A stretch of 64,000 nt of DNA from Chloroflexota bacterium. GTDB lineage: Bacteria; Chloroflexota; UBA6077. The stretch lies in contig DAHVXI010000045.1 of assembly GCA_027356795.1 (NCBI GenBank), forward strand, positions 4,303 to 68,302, read 5' to 3'. The notes below the pieces were generated by a model. The model worked only from the letters and a program-made list of their open reading frames with translations. It had not been told where the DNA came from and did not search any database. The number at the start of each line of letters is the position of its first letter. The stretch's first letter is position 1. The position numbers were made by a program, and so were the translations under genes. Below, piece after piece: positions 50,595 through 60,451 of this stretch.

Positions 50595-52418
50595 TCAGCT
50601 CGCCAAAGAGGGCGTGGCGGCTTTCTCCTCCACGTCCCGGAACTGGCGCCGGTAGAGGTCGGCGTACAGCCCGCCCTGTTCCAGCAGCTGATCGTGGGTT
50701 CCCCGCTCCACGATGCGACCCTCGTCGATCACCAGCACCTGGTCCGCGTTCCGAATGGTGCTGAGCCGGTGGGCGATCACGAAGCTGGTCCGCCCCTGGA
50801 GCAGCTGCTCCAGCGCCTGCTGGATCAGCATCTCGGTCCGGGTATCCACGCTGCTGGTGGCCTCGTCCAGGATCAGGATCCGCGGGTTGGCCAGGATCGC
50901 CCGGGCGAAGGCGACCAACTGGCGCTGACCCTGGCTGAGGGAGTTGCCCCGCTCGCCCAGCACCGTGTCGTAGCCCTGGGGCAGCCGCAGGATGAAGTCG
51001 TGGGCGTTGGCGAGGCGCGCGGCCTGCTCCACCTCCTCGTCGGTGGCCTCCAACTGGCCGTAGCGGATGTTGTCGGCCACGGTGCCGGAGAAGAGGAAGC
51101 TGTTCTGGGGGACGATCCCCAGCTGGCTCCGCAGGGAGTCCAGGCTCGCATCCCGCACATTCATCCCGTCGATGGTCACCCGGCCCCCCGTCACGTCGTA
51201 GAAGCGGGCGATCAGGTTGGCGACGGTGGTCTTGCCGGCCCCTGTGGGGCCCACCAGAGCCACCGTCTGGCCCGGCTCGGCCGCCAGGTCGACCCGGTGC
51301 AGCACGGGGTGCAGGGGATCGTAGGCGAAGTCCACCTTCTCGAAGACCACCCTCCCCTGGATGTGGGGAATCGTCTTGGCCCCGGCGGCGTCCACCATGT
51401 CCTCCTCGGTGTCCAGCAGGTCGAAGATCCGCTCGGCGCCCGCCATGGCCGACTGGGCCTGGGTGTAGATCTGGCTGATCTGCTGGATCGGCCAGAAGAA
51501 CTGCTGCACGTAGCCGAGGAAGGCCACCACCAGGCCGATGGTTACCATCCCCTCCATCGCCAGGTAGCCGCCGAAGGTCACCACGATGATGGTCGCGACG
51601 GTGCTGAGGAGGTCCATCGTGGGGGAGAAGGCCGAGGTTATCGCCGTGGCACCCACGTTGGCATCCCGGTTGGCGGCGTTGCGCTGGGCGAAGCGGGCCT
51701 GGTTCAGTCCCGTCCGGTTGAAGGCCTGGGCCACCTTGATGCCGGCGATGTCCTCCTGGAGGTCCGCCGAGACGTCTCCGATGGTCTCTCGGGTCTTTCG
51801 GAAGGCCCTGCGGGCCATCTTGGCGAAGAGGTTGGTGGTTATCAGCATCACCGGTATGACCGAGGAGGCCGCCAGGGCGAGAGGCCAGTAGAGGCCGAAC
51901 ATAGCCAGCAGGATGCCCGTGAGCGACAACGCCCCTGAGATGGCTTGAACCAACCCCATGCTGAGCAGGTTGTTGATGGTGTCCACGTCGTTGACCAGCC
52001 TCGACATCAGGTCGCCGGCGTCGTGCTTGTCGAAGTACTGGAGGGAGAGCCGCTGCAGCTTATGGAAGATCTTGCCCCGCAGCAGGGCCAGGGTGTTCTG
52101 GCCCACCCAGCCCATCAGGTAGCCCTGCAGCATCCGGGCGCCCAGGCCGGCCAGGTAGACGCCCAGCAACAGCAGCATATTGATCGCCAGCCCGGTCCTG
52201 TCGCCGACGGCGATGAAGCTGTCGACGGCCCTGCCCACCAGGTAGGGGCCTCCGGCCGCCGAGGCGGCACCTATCAGGGTGAGGAGCAGCACTACGACCA
52301 GCCGCAGCCGGTAGGGGGCCAGGTAGCCCAGCAGCCTCCCCACGACCGCTTTGCCGTTGGCAGCCTTCTCCTCGCGTATGCTCGCTTGATGTTGGAAGTG
52401 GCCTCCGAACATCTTCAC
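50595..52418 (-). CDS. ABC exporter, fused permease/ATPase (heterodimer subunit 2)
   Basis: GPTGAGKT, LSQGQRQ, ILDEATS, IAHRL. Confidence 0.95.
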   Translation of the reverse strand: MKMFGGHFQHQASIREEKAANGKAVVGRLLGYLAPYRLRLVVVLLLTLIGAASAAGGPYLVGRAVDSFIAVGDRTGLAINMLLLLGVYLAGLGARMLQGYLMGWVGQNTLALLRGKIFHKLQRLSLQYFDKHDAGDLMSRLVNDVDTINNLLSMGLVQAISGALSLTGILLAMFGLYWPLALAASSVIPVMLITTNLFAKMARRAFRKTRETIGDVSADLQEDIAGIKVAQAFNRTGLNQARFAQRNAANRDANVGATAITSAFSPTMDLLSTVATIIVVTFGGYLAMEGMVTIGLVVAFLGYVQQFFWPIQQISQIYTQAQSAMAGAERIFDLLDTEEDMVDAAGAKTIPHIQGRVVFEKVDFAYDPLHPVLHRVDLAAEPGQTVALVGPTGAGKTTVANLIARFYDVTGGRVTIDGMNVRDASLDSLRSQLGIVPQNSFLFSGTVADNIRYGQLEATDEEVEQAARLANAHDFILRLPQGYDTVLGERGNSLSQGQRQLVAFARAILANPRILILDEATSSVDTRTEMLIQQALEQLLQGRTSFVIAHRLSTIRNADQVLVIDEGRIVERGTHDQLLEQGGLYADLYRRQFRDVEEKAATPSLAS

Positions 52419-52438
52419 CTCATTCTAGCTATCAGCGG

Positions 52439-54202
52439 TCAGCTGTCAACTGCGAAGGTTGCTGACTGCTGATGGCTATCGTCTCTCAGCTGCGACGACA
52501 CGATCTCCCCATACAGGTGGTTGGTGGCCAGCAGCTCCTCGTGGGTGCCCTGGGCCACCACGTGAGCCCCGTCCAGCAGCAGGATCTTGCCGGCGTTGCG
52601 GACGGTGCTGATCCGCTGGGCCACGATGAAACTGGTGCGGCCCACCATCAGGTCGTCCATGGCCTGCTGGATCTGGTACTCGGTCTCGGCGTCCACCGAG
52701 GAGGTGCTGTCGTCCAGAATCAGCACCTTCGGGTTCAGCAGCAGCGCCCGCGCGATGGCGATCCTCTGCATCTGGCCGCCGCTCAGCCCCACGCCGCCCT
52801 CCCCAATGCGGGTGTCGTAGCCCTGGGGCTGCTCCAGGATGAACTCGTGGGCCTGGGAGATCTTCGCCACGGCCTCCACCTCCTCCTGGGTCGCCTCCGG
52901 CGCCCCGTAGGCGATGTTCTCCCGAATGGTGCCGCTGAACAGCACCGTCTCCTGGAGCACGATCCCGATCTGGGATCTCAGGCTCTCCAGTGTCACCTCC
53001 CGCACGTCGTGGCCGTCGATGGTGGCCCTTCCGCTCCGGACGTCGTAGAAGCGGGGGATGAGATTGATGATGGTGCTCTTGCCGGCCCCCGTGGTGCCCA
53101 CCACGGCCACCGTCTGTCCCGGTTCCGCCGCGAAGCTGACGTGGCTCAGGGCATCGTGCTCGGCCCCGGCGTAGCGGAAGCTGACGTCCTCGAAGGCCAC
53201 CCTGCCCTGGATGGCGGGCAGCGGACCGGCGTCCGGCCTATCCTGCACCTCGCTCTCGGCGTCCAGCACCTCGAAGACCCGTTGGGCGGAGGCACCGGCG
53301 CGGGTCATGGTGGCCATGATCATCCCCAGCATGAAGATGGGGAACATCAGGAAGCCCAGGTAGGCGTTGAAGGCGACCAGCTGTCCCAGGGAGAGGGAGC
53401 CGCCGATCACCTCGTTCCCGCCGTACCAGACCACCAGGAAGGTGCCCACGTTCCCAAAGAAGAAGATCACCGGGAAGGTGGTGTTCAAGGCCCTGGTGAC
53501 CCGTATGTTCTCGGCCAGCAGGTCGGCGTTGGCCCGGCCGAACCTCTTCGTCTCGTGCTGCTCCCGGGCGAAGGCCTTCACCACCCGCACGCCGGCCAGG
53601 TTCTCCTGGAGGATGGTGTTCAGCGCCCCCAGCTTCTGCTGGACCTGGCGGAAGAGGGGCTGGACGTTCCGGACGAAGCGGGCGAACACCAGGAGGATCC
53701 CGGGGATGATGGTCAGCGACACCAGGGCCAACCGCCAGTTCATGACGAACAGCACCAGGGAGCTTCCCGCCAGCATCACCAGGGCGCCCATCAGCTGGAG
53801 GAAGCCCTGGCCGATGAACTGGCGCACCATCTCCACGTCGCTGGTGACCCGGGTCATGAGCTGTCCGGTCTGGGCCTGGTCGTGGTAGCTGAAGCTGAGG
53901 CCCTGCAGCTTGGCGTAGATCTCGTTCCGCAGATCGTAGGCAACCCCCTGAGAGGCCTTCTCCGATAGGTAGCCCTGGAGGAAGGTGAAGACGCCCCGAA
54001 CGGCCGCCACCCCCAGCAGACCGCCAGCGGCCCACAGGATGGCACTCCACTGATGCCCGACGACACCGCCGTCGATGGCCAGCCGCAGAAACTGGGGGGA
54101 GGCCAGGTTGGTGGCCGAGACCAGCACGAGGCTGAGGAAGGCGGCGGAGGCCGTCGTCCAGTAGGGGAACAGGTACTTGAGCGCGCGGCGTAGCGATTTC
54201 AT
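52439..54202 (-). CDS. ABC exporter, fused permease/ATPase (degenerate-site subunit 1)
   Basis: GTTGAGKS, LSGGQ, ILDDSTS (E to D), VAQRI (H to Q). Confidence 0.95.
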   Translation of the reverse strand: MKSLRRALKYLFPYWTTASAAFLSLVLVSATNLASPQFLRLAIDGGVVGHQWSAILWAAGGLLGVAAVRGVFTFLQGYLSEKASQGVAYDLRNEIYAKLQGLSFSYHDQAQTGQLMTRVTSDVEMVRQFIGQGFLQLMGALVMLAGSSLVLFVMNWRLALVSLTIIPGILLVFARFVRNVQPLFRQVQQKLGALNTILQENLAGVRVVKAFAREQHETKRFGRANADLLAENIRVTRALNTTFPVIFFFGNVGTFLVVWYGGNEVIGGSLSLGQLVAFNAYLGFLMFPIFMLGMIMATMTRAGASAQRVFEVLDAESEVQDRPDAGPLPAIQGRVAFEDVSFRYAGAEHDALSHVSFAAEPGQTVAVVGTTGAGKSTIINLIPRFYDVRSGRATIDGHDVREVTLESLRSQIGIVLQETVLFSGTIRENIAYGAPEATQEEVEAVAKISQAHEFILEQPQGYDTRIGEGGVGLSGGQMQRIAIARALLLNPKVLILDDSTSSVDAETEYQIQQAMDDLMVGRTSFIVAQRISTVRNAGKILLLDGAHVVAQGTHEELLATNHLYGEIVSSQLRDDSHQQSATFAVDS

Positions 54203-54211
54203 GATCGGCTA

Positions 54212-54757
54212 TCAGTCCTCAGCTTTCAGCTTCTCGGTGCGTGACATAAAGTGCCGACGTCGACCCTCGCCGTTCCCGCCGGGCGCCCCCTCGGGCTGCG
54301 CGGCCGCATGCTGATGGCTAGCGGCTGATAGCTGATGGCCGACACCCCTCCACAGGCTGTCCAGCAGCCTCTCCAGCTGCGGCCTTTCCTCGGGATCCAG
54401 CTCCTGGGTGAGGGCGTCGGAGATCGCATGGATCTCCTCTGACAATTCCCGCGCCAGACTATGGCCGGCATCGGTCAGAAAGAACAGATGGGCGCGGCCG
54501 TCGGTGGGATGGGGCCTTCGCTCCAGCAGGCCGAGGCGCTCCAGGGACTGGAGGGTTCGCGTTACGTTGGCCGGCTCGACACCGGCAGGAACGGACAGAT
54601 CCAGGGCCTGAAGCCCCGGGTGGCGGCTCAGCGCGGTCATGATGATGGTCTGGGTGCGATTCAGCCCCCGGCTGGCGAGGCGGTGCTCCAGCAGATACCC
54701 GACGTGCTTCCCCAGGAACACCAGCTTCAGGGCCAGGGGCGGCCTCTCTCCGTGCAA
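54212..54757 (-). CDS. MarR-family regulator
   Basis: GLNRTQ..I, VTRTL..LE..GL.ER.....DGR....LT..G. Confidence 0.88.
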   Translation of the reverse strand: MHGERPPLALKLVFLGKHVGYLLEHRLASRGLNRTQTIIMTALSRHPGLQALDLSVPAGVEPANVTRTLQSLERLGLLERRPHPTDGRAHLFFLTDAGHSLARELSEEIHAISDALTQELDPEERPQLERLLDSLWRGVGHQLSAASHQHAAAQPEGAPGGNGEGRRRHFMSRTEKLKAED

Positions 54758-54777
54758 AGCGAAACCCCTCAGCGAGT

Positions 54778-54795
54778 TAGTTGCGTGCGCAAGTA
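54778..54795. promoter_or_regulatory. Putative MarR operator
   Basis: Imperfect palindrome TAGTTGCG-TG-CGCAAGTA directly upstream of marR. Confidence 0.6.
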
Positions 54796-54936
54796 AGTAT
54801 ATGCCGAAGGGGGGGCGGAGGGCAAGGGGAATGAGAACAGGCAGCCAGGTTGACCATCATGCTAGATGAGGCGAGAATATGTACAGGCGTCCTCCGGCCT
54901 CGGCTTGACGATGGATGACTCAACGAGGAATCAGCA

Positions 54937-55413
54937 GTGGCGACTACGCTTTCGCAACAGATCATAGAGACTCTTGACCAGGCGGAGCAGCTCTACAATC
55001 GCCTGGTTCTGGTGGTAGGACCTCCTGGCACCGGGAAGACGGCCGCCCTGAGGCAAGTATCCAAGAGTAAGGGGCTCCCCTTGGTGAACGTCAATCTGGA
55101 GCTGAGCCAGAGACTGCTGGAGTTGACGGAGAAGCAGCGGGCTCTGCGATGCGGACAGATCGTGCGAGAGATCGTCGACCAGGCGGGTGGTTCCGCCGTC
55201 TTGCTGGACAATCTGGAGGTGGTCTTCGATCCCGCGCTGCGGCAAGATCCTCTTCGGCTGCTCCAAGGACTCTCCCGCAATCGGACAATCGTTGCCAGCT
55301 GGAACGGACAGGTCGCGGATGGCTACCTTGTTTACGCCGAGCCCGGCCACCTTGAGTACGGGCGATATCCGATCTCGGGCCTCTTGATGGTGGCAGCGTC
55401 AACGGTCGAGTGA
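54937..55413 (+). CDS. brxF: BREX type 3 P-loop protein BrxF
   Basis: [46 protein letters not shown]....W.G, YAEPGH.EY. Confidence 0.88.
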   Translation: MATTLSQQIIETLDQAEQLYNRLVLVVGPPGTGKTAALRQVSKSKGLPLVNVNLELSQRLLELTEKQRALRCGQIVREIVDQAGGSAVLLDNLEVVFDPALRQDPLRLLQGLSRNRTIVASWNGQVADGYLVYAEPGHLEYGRYPISGLLMVAASTVE

Positions 55414-55447
55414 GGACGGGACTCTAGGCATTTGGAGGAAGGGCGCG

Positions 55448-58400
55448 ATGAAGTACCGCGAGCTGATCCAGTTCCATCCCATCACGGCCAATATCGAGCT
55501 TCGTGACGCCGATCAGGAGGATCGCGCCCGGCAACTGGTGTCGACCTACGTCGTCTCGCAAGAGATGGCCGACCGGCTGATTCACGTTGCCTTCAACCAG
55601 CTCCAGTACGACACGCCCGCCGACAACAAGGGGCTTCTGGTGGTCGGCAACTACGGCACAGGCAAGTCTCACCTGATGTCGGTAGTCTCGGCTGTGGCCG
55701 AGCGCGCCGACCTGGCAGCCGATCTCCAGAATAAGAGAGTCGCTGACGCCGCGGCGAAGATCGCCGGGAAGTTCAAGGTGATTCGGACGGAGATCGGGGC
55801 CACCACGATGCCACTCCGCGAGATAGTGGTGGGTGAGCTGGAGGATCGGCTGGCGGACATGGGAGTCCACTACAGCTTTCCTGCCATCGATCAGGTCCAC
55901 ACAAACAAGCCTGCCTTCGAGGCCATGATGGCCGCCTTCCACCAGGTGTATCCGGACCATGGTCTTCTGATGGTGGTGGATGAGCTGCTGGACTACCTGC
56001 GCGAGCGGAAGGACCAGGAGTTGATCCTCGATCTGACTCTACTGCGAGAGATCGGAGAGGTGTGCGGGGACATCCGGTTCCGCTTCGTGGCCGGCGTGCA
56101 GGAGGCGATCTTCGACAGCCCGCAGTTTGCCTTCGCCGCCGACACCCTGAGAAGGGTGAGAGACCGGTTCGAGCAGATCCACATCGCCCGGCGGGACGTG
56201 AAGTACGTGGTGGCGGAGAGGCTGCTGAAGAAGACGACGGATCAGCAGGTGAAGATCCGCGAGCACCTCGCACCCTTCGCCCGCTTCTACGGCGACATGA
56301 ACGCCAAGATGGACGAGTTCGTTCGTCTCTTCCCGGTGCATCCCGACTACATAGACGTGTTCGAGCGCATCACCCTGGCCGAGAAGCGGGAGGTGCTTCG
56401 CACCATCTCTCGATCGATGGACCGGCTGCTGGACGAGGATGTTCCCCAGGATAGCTCCGGTCTCGTCGGCTTCGATAGCTACTGGGAAGTGATCAAGGAC
56501 AACCCTGTGGTGCGGGCGATACCGGACGTACGGCTCGTGACGGACTGCAGCGCCAAGCTGGAGGACCTGGTGAACGTCGGCTATCCGAAGGGCAAGAGCA
56601 AAGAGATGGCCCGAAGGATCATTCGTGGTCTGAGCGTCTACCGGCTGGCGGTAGGGAGCGTCGATTCGCCGGTTGGGCTGAGCGCCGAGCAACTCCGAGA
56701 CGTGTTGTGCCTGTACGATCCTCTCGTCGGAGAGCTGGGGGGCGATGCCGCCGAGGACCTGCGCGGAGAGATCGAGACAGCTCTACGGCTGATCAGCACC
56801 ACGGTGAGCGGCCAGTTCATTTCCGCGACGGAGCGGGATGAGAAGGGACGGCTGGGCGGCCAGTTCTACCTGGACGTCTACAAGACCCAGGACTACGATG
56901 CGGACATAGACAAAGAAGCAGAGGTTCTCGGGAAGAACACCCTGGACAGGTACTACTACCAGGCTCTTCGTCGCGCCATGGAGTGTTCCGATCAGACCTA
57001 CGTGTCTGGCTTCAACATATGGGAGCACGAGTTGGAGTGGCGCGAGAAGAAGGCGATGAGGCAGGGGTACCTGTTCTTCGGAGCGCCCAACGAGAGGTCG
57101 ACGGTTGCACCGCCCAGGGACTTCTACGTGTACTTCCTCCAGCCCCACGATCCGCCGGTGTACAGGGACGAGAAGAAGGCAGACGAGCTGTTCTTCAGAC
57201 TGGCCGGCGCCGACGATCTGTTCAGAGCGACGCTGAAGAGGTACGGAGCGGCGCTGGAGTTGGCGAACAGGGAGTCCGCGGGCCTGGCGAAGTCCGCGTA
57301 CACGTCGAAGGCCGACGCCCACCTGCAGTCGCTGGTCAAGTGGCTCCAGAAGCAGATGGCCACTGCTTACCAGGCAACCCACCAGGGGCGGGTCCGCCCT
57401 CTGATGGAGTGGCTGAAGGACGCGGCGGTGTCCGGGCAGGCGCACTCCCAGGCAGCCGGCGGCAACGTGCGAGACACGGTGAACGCGGTTGCGTCCGAGT
57501 GCCTGGCCCCGCACTTCCAGGAGCAGGCGTCGGAGTATCCCACCTTCTCGATCCTGGTCACCGTGAAGAGTCGGGGACAGGCGGCACAGGATGCTCTGCG
57601 CTACGTGGCGGGGGGAGCACGGACCAAGACGGCCGCGGCTGTGTTGGACGCTTTGGAGCTGCTGGACGGAGAGAGAGTAACTGCCAACGCTTCCAGGTAT
57701 GCCGGTTACGTTCGGGGGCTGCTTCAGAAGAAGGGGCAGGGGCAGGTGCTGAACCGGGGAGAGCTGATCCAGAACGTCTCCGGCGTAGAGTTCATGGCGC
57801 CGGAGAGCTACAGGCTCGAGCCCGAGTGGGTGGTAGTGGTGCTGGCAACACTGGTGCATGCCGGAGAGCTGGTGCTGGCGATACCCGGGAAGAAGTTCGA
57901 GGCCGGCGATCTGGGGATGCTGGCGGCGACGCCGCTCCAGGATCTCGTCGGTTTCAAGCACGTCGAGGCGCCGAAGGAGCCGAACCTCCCCGCGCTGAAG
58001 GCACTGTTCGAGCTGCTGGGGCTCGGCCCGGGCAGGGCAATCCAGGTGACCCAAGGGGACGAGAATGCGGTTCAAGATCTTCGACAACAGGCGGCAGAGA
58101 GAGTAGGAAGGCTGGTTATGGCTCGCCAGCATCTCCAGGGTGGGCTGCCGTTCTGGGGAAGGACGCTGCTAAGCGAGCAGGAGCAGGCAGACTATGGGAG
58201 CCGTCTGGAGGGGACAAAGGCGTTTCTGGAGTCGCTCCAGGCTTACTCGACGCCCGGGAAGCTGAAGAACTTCAACCAGACAGTCGAGCAGGTGAACAGC
58301 CACAAGGCCGGGCTGCAAACGTTGCGGGAGGTGGAGGAACTGCACGGGCTGGTAAACGACCTGGCGTCCGCGGCCTCCTATCTGTCTTCCGCCGAGCTGA

Positions 58401-59191
58401 CGCTGCCCACCGAGCACTCATGGGTTGCGAAGGTCAGGCCGGCCAGGGAAGAGGTTGTGGCCCGCGTTTTGGACCCCGGCAAGAGGGCTGCGGATGGATT
58501 CCGGCAGGCAGTGCTCCTGGACCTCGCCGGCCTGAAGAAGGAGTACGTGGACATCTACATGCCGGCGCACTCCAGGGCGCGGCTGGGAGCGAAGGAAGAC
58601 CAGAAGAGGGCGGCCCTGCTCCATGACGACCGTCTGGAGCAGCTGAGGAAGCTGGCGACGATAGACCTGATGCCGGTGCAGCATCTGACCGACTACCAGA
58701 ACCGGCTGGCAGAATTGCCGTCCTGCTTCGCGCTGACACCGAGAGAACTCGAAAGCTCTCCTGTATGCCACTGCGGGTTCAAGCCGAATCTGGAGCCGGC
58801 AGCCGCGTCGGCAGCTGCTCAGCTGGCTGCCCTGGACGGCGAGTTGGACACGCTCCATGCGAACTGGACGCAGACCCTGGTGGCGAACCTGGAAGACCCG
58901 ACGGTGCAGGGGAATCTAGCGCTGCTGAAGCCGGACCAGAAGAAGCTGATAGATGCGTTTCTGGCCAGTCGCAAGCTGCCGGACGCATTGGATCAGCAGT
59001 TCCTACAGGCGGTTCGCGAGGCGCTGTCGGGGCTGGTCAAGGTGGCGGTAAAGGTGGAGACGCTTAGGGATGCGTTGATCGCGGGCGGATCGCCAGCGAC
59101 GCTGGCGGAGATGAGGCAGCGATACGAGGGGTTCCTGGCAGAACTGGTCAAGGGAAAGGACACAGCCAAGGTCCGGCTGGTAGTGGAGTAA
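55448..59191 (+). CDS. brxC: BREX type 3 ATPase BrxC (DUF6079)
   Basis: [22 protein letters not shown]alker [12 protein letters not shown]alker [21 protein letters not shown]; directly follows brxF. Confidence 0.88.
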   Translation: MKYRELIQFHPITANIELRDADQEDRARQLVSTYVVSQEMADRLIHVAFNQLQYDTPADNKGLLVVGNYGTGKSHLMSVVSAVAERADLAADLQNKRVADAAAKIAGKFKVIRTEIGATTMPLREIVVGELEDRLADMGVHYSFPAIDQVHTNKPAFEAMMAAFHQVYPDHGLLMVVDELLDYLRERKDQELILDLTLLREIGEVCGDIRFRFVAGVQEAIFDSPQFAFAADTLRRVRDRFEQIHIARRDVKYVVAERLLKKTTDQQVKIREHLAPFARFYGDMNAKMDEFVRLFPVHPDYIDVFERITLAEKREVLRTISRSMDRLLDEDVPQDSSGLVGFDSYWEVIKDNPVVRAIPDVRLVTDCSAKLEDLVNVGYPKGKSKEMARRIIRGLSVYRLAVGSVDSPVGLSAEQLRDVLCLYDPLVGELGGDAAEDLRGEIETALRLISTTVSGQFISATERDEKGRLGGQFYLDVYKTQDYDADIDKEAEVLGKNTLDRYYYQALRRAMECSDQTYVSGFNIWEHELEWREKKAMRQGYLFFGAPNERSTVAPPRDFYVYFLQPHDPPVYRDEKKADELFFRLAGADDLFRATLKRYGAALELANRESAGLAKSAYTSKADAHLQSLVKWLQKQMATAYQATHQGRVRPLMEWLKDAAVSGQAHSQAAGGNVRDTVNAVASECLAPHFQEQASEYPTFSILVTVKSRGQAAQDALRYVAGGARTKTAAAVLDALELLDGERVTANASRYAGYVRGLLQKKGQGQVLNRGELIQNVSGVEFMAPESYRLEPEWVVVVLATLVHAGELVLAIPGKKFEAGDLGMLAATPLQDLVGFKHVEAPKEPNLPALKALFELLGLGPGRAIQVTQGDENAVQDLRQQAAERVGRLVMARQHLQGGLPFWGRTLLSEQEQADYGSRLEGTKAFLESLQAYSTPGKLKNFNQTVEQVNSHKAGLQTLREVEELHGLVNDLASAASYLSSAELTLPTEHSWVAKVRPAREEVVARVLDPGKRAADGFRQAVLLDLAGLKKEYVDIYMPAHSRARLGAKEDQKRAALLHDDRLEQLRKLATIDLMPVQHLTDYQNRLAELPSCFALTPRELESSPVCHCGFKPNLEPAAASAAAQLAALDGELDTLHANWTQTLVANLEDPTVQGNLALLKPDQKKLIDAFLASRKLPDALDQQFLQAVREALSGLVKVAVKVETLRDALIAGGSPATLAEMRQRYEGFLAELVKGKDTAKVRLVVE

Positions 59192-59222
59192 CGGTGCCCG
59201 GCTGGCTCGGGAGCTGCAATAG

Positions 59223-59250
59223 CTTTCAGTTATGAGCTATAATCTGAAAG
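59223..59250 (+). promoter_or_regulatory. Internal -10 box embedded in an inverted repeat (candidate TA operator)
   Basis: CTTTCAG-TTATGAGC-TATAAT-CTGAAAG upstream of the HTH gene. Confidence 0.6.
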
Positions 59251-59293
59251 GCAACTCCCGGGAGATGTCCCGGCTATCGGGGAGAGGACGACA

Positions 59294-59701
59294 ATGAAGG
59301 CGGGCGTGAGTGCTTCCCTCTTGGACGAACTGGAGGAGCTGAAGCGCGAGATGGAGTCCCAGGGCCGCGCGTCAAAGGCCAGAGCCCTCCGGGAGGCTCT
59401 CGTGGCGCTGGCCAGGCCTGCTCGGGGCTGGATCACCACCGGGCAGGCAGCAGAGCAGCTCGGCATAACGATACCAACCGTCAAGGCCTGGATCCTTCGC
59501 GGTGCTCTGGTCGGCCGGCAGGTAGGGGATCGCTGGTGGGTGTCGCGGGAGAGCGTGGACGAGGTGCTGAGCTTCGGCAGCGGCGTCGTCCAGTTGGAGC
59601 AGGAGGGCTCTTCGACCGAGGAAGAGGCCAGCGAGATGACCAGGGAGGCCCGCCGCCAGATGGGGGCGGAGAAGAGGGCAGCCGGTGGGCGCCAGCGGTA
59701 G
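59294..59701 (+). CDS. Excisionase-like HTH protein, putative antitoxin
   Basis: WITTGQAAEQLGITIPTVKAWILRG.L...GDRW.V HTH_17 pattern; charged tail; precedes a PIN gene. Confidence 0.75.
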   Translation: MKAGVSASLLDELEELKREMESQGRASKARALREALVALARPARGWITTGQAAEQLGITIPTVKAWILRGALVGRQVGDRWWVSRESVDEVLSFGSGVVQLEQEGSSTEEEASEMTREARRQMGAEKRAAGGRQR

Positions 59702-59741
59702 CGAGAAAGGGAACATTCTACCTGCTTCATTGCTGTCCCTG

Positions 59742-60308
59742 ATGGTCCTGGACCGGGTGACGTTGGACACCGGCATTCTGGTGGGCCCCAGGAGTCCGGA
59801 GTTCGCCATTGCCGCCCGCCTCGGGTACTATCGGGGGCATTGGAGCAACTGGATCGTAGCGGAGTTCAGCCGGGTCAGGACCGAGATGATCCTTCGGCGA
59901 GCCAGGCGGGAGCTGGGAATCACGCGGGAGAACGAGGAGGATGGGGCGATCCAGGAGGAGCTGGAGCAACGGCTGCTCAGGTCCAGGGCCAGGGTGAACG
60001 CCGCCATCGACGACTTCAGCAGGGTGCTGGTCAGCGTGGATTACCAGGAGGCGGAAGAGGCCGACCTCGCCTGGCTGAAGGACGAGGACGACCACCCGAT
60101 CATGCAAACGGCGATAGCCGCCGGGGTACCCGGCGTCCTGGTGACGGACAACTGGCGGGACTTCCCAATAGGCGAGGCTCGCAACGGGATCCTGATCGTG
60201 TCGGGCAGGATGTTCCTGGACTACCTGTATCAGACCTATCCCGAAGCCGAGGCGGTGATCACGAGGTACGCCGAGCGCCGCCGCCAGGCCATCAGCGAGG
60301 GAAAGTAG
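59742..60308 (+). CDS. PIN-domain protein (PIN_3/VapC-like), putative RNase toxin
   Basis: VTLDTGIL...E...DEDDHPIMQTAIA...LVTDNWRDFP acidic PIN motifs. Confidence 0.8.
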   Translation: MVLDRVTLDTGILVGPRSPEFAIAARLGYYRGHWSNWIVAEFSRVRTEMILRRARRELGITRENEEDGAIQEELEQRLLRSRARVNAAIDDFSRVLVSVDYQEAEEADLAWLKDEDDHPIMQTAIAAGVPGVLVTDNWRDFPIGEARNGILIVSGRMFLDYLYQTYPEAEAVITRYAERRRQAISEGK

Positions 60309-60451
60309 CCAAGACACGGGTGCTGAGTATCCTCGCACATCTCCGGATGGCAGCGCGAACGGAAATGCGGGGTCGCATAGCTGTGCTCTATTGCCCCCGC
60401 TCGATGCTCGTTTCAATGCCTATCGTAGATCCAGCCGTGCGAGGGGGAGAC

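Noticed and set aside
59294..59701. Excisionase indicating a prophage or ICE
   Set aside because: No integrase, att repeats or phage genes in the window; pairing with PIN fits an antitoxin better.
59840..60451. 204-codon N-terminal extension of PglXI in the ORF track
   Set aside because: It overlaps the PIN gene in another frame and is low-complexity; ATG 60452 has an SD and precedes the conserved region.
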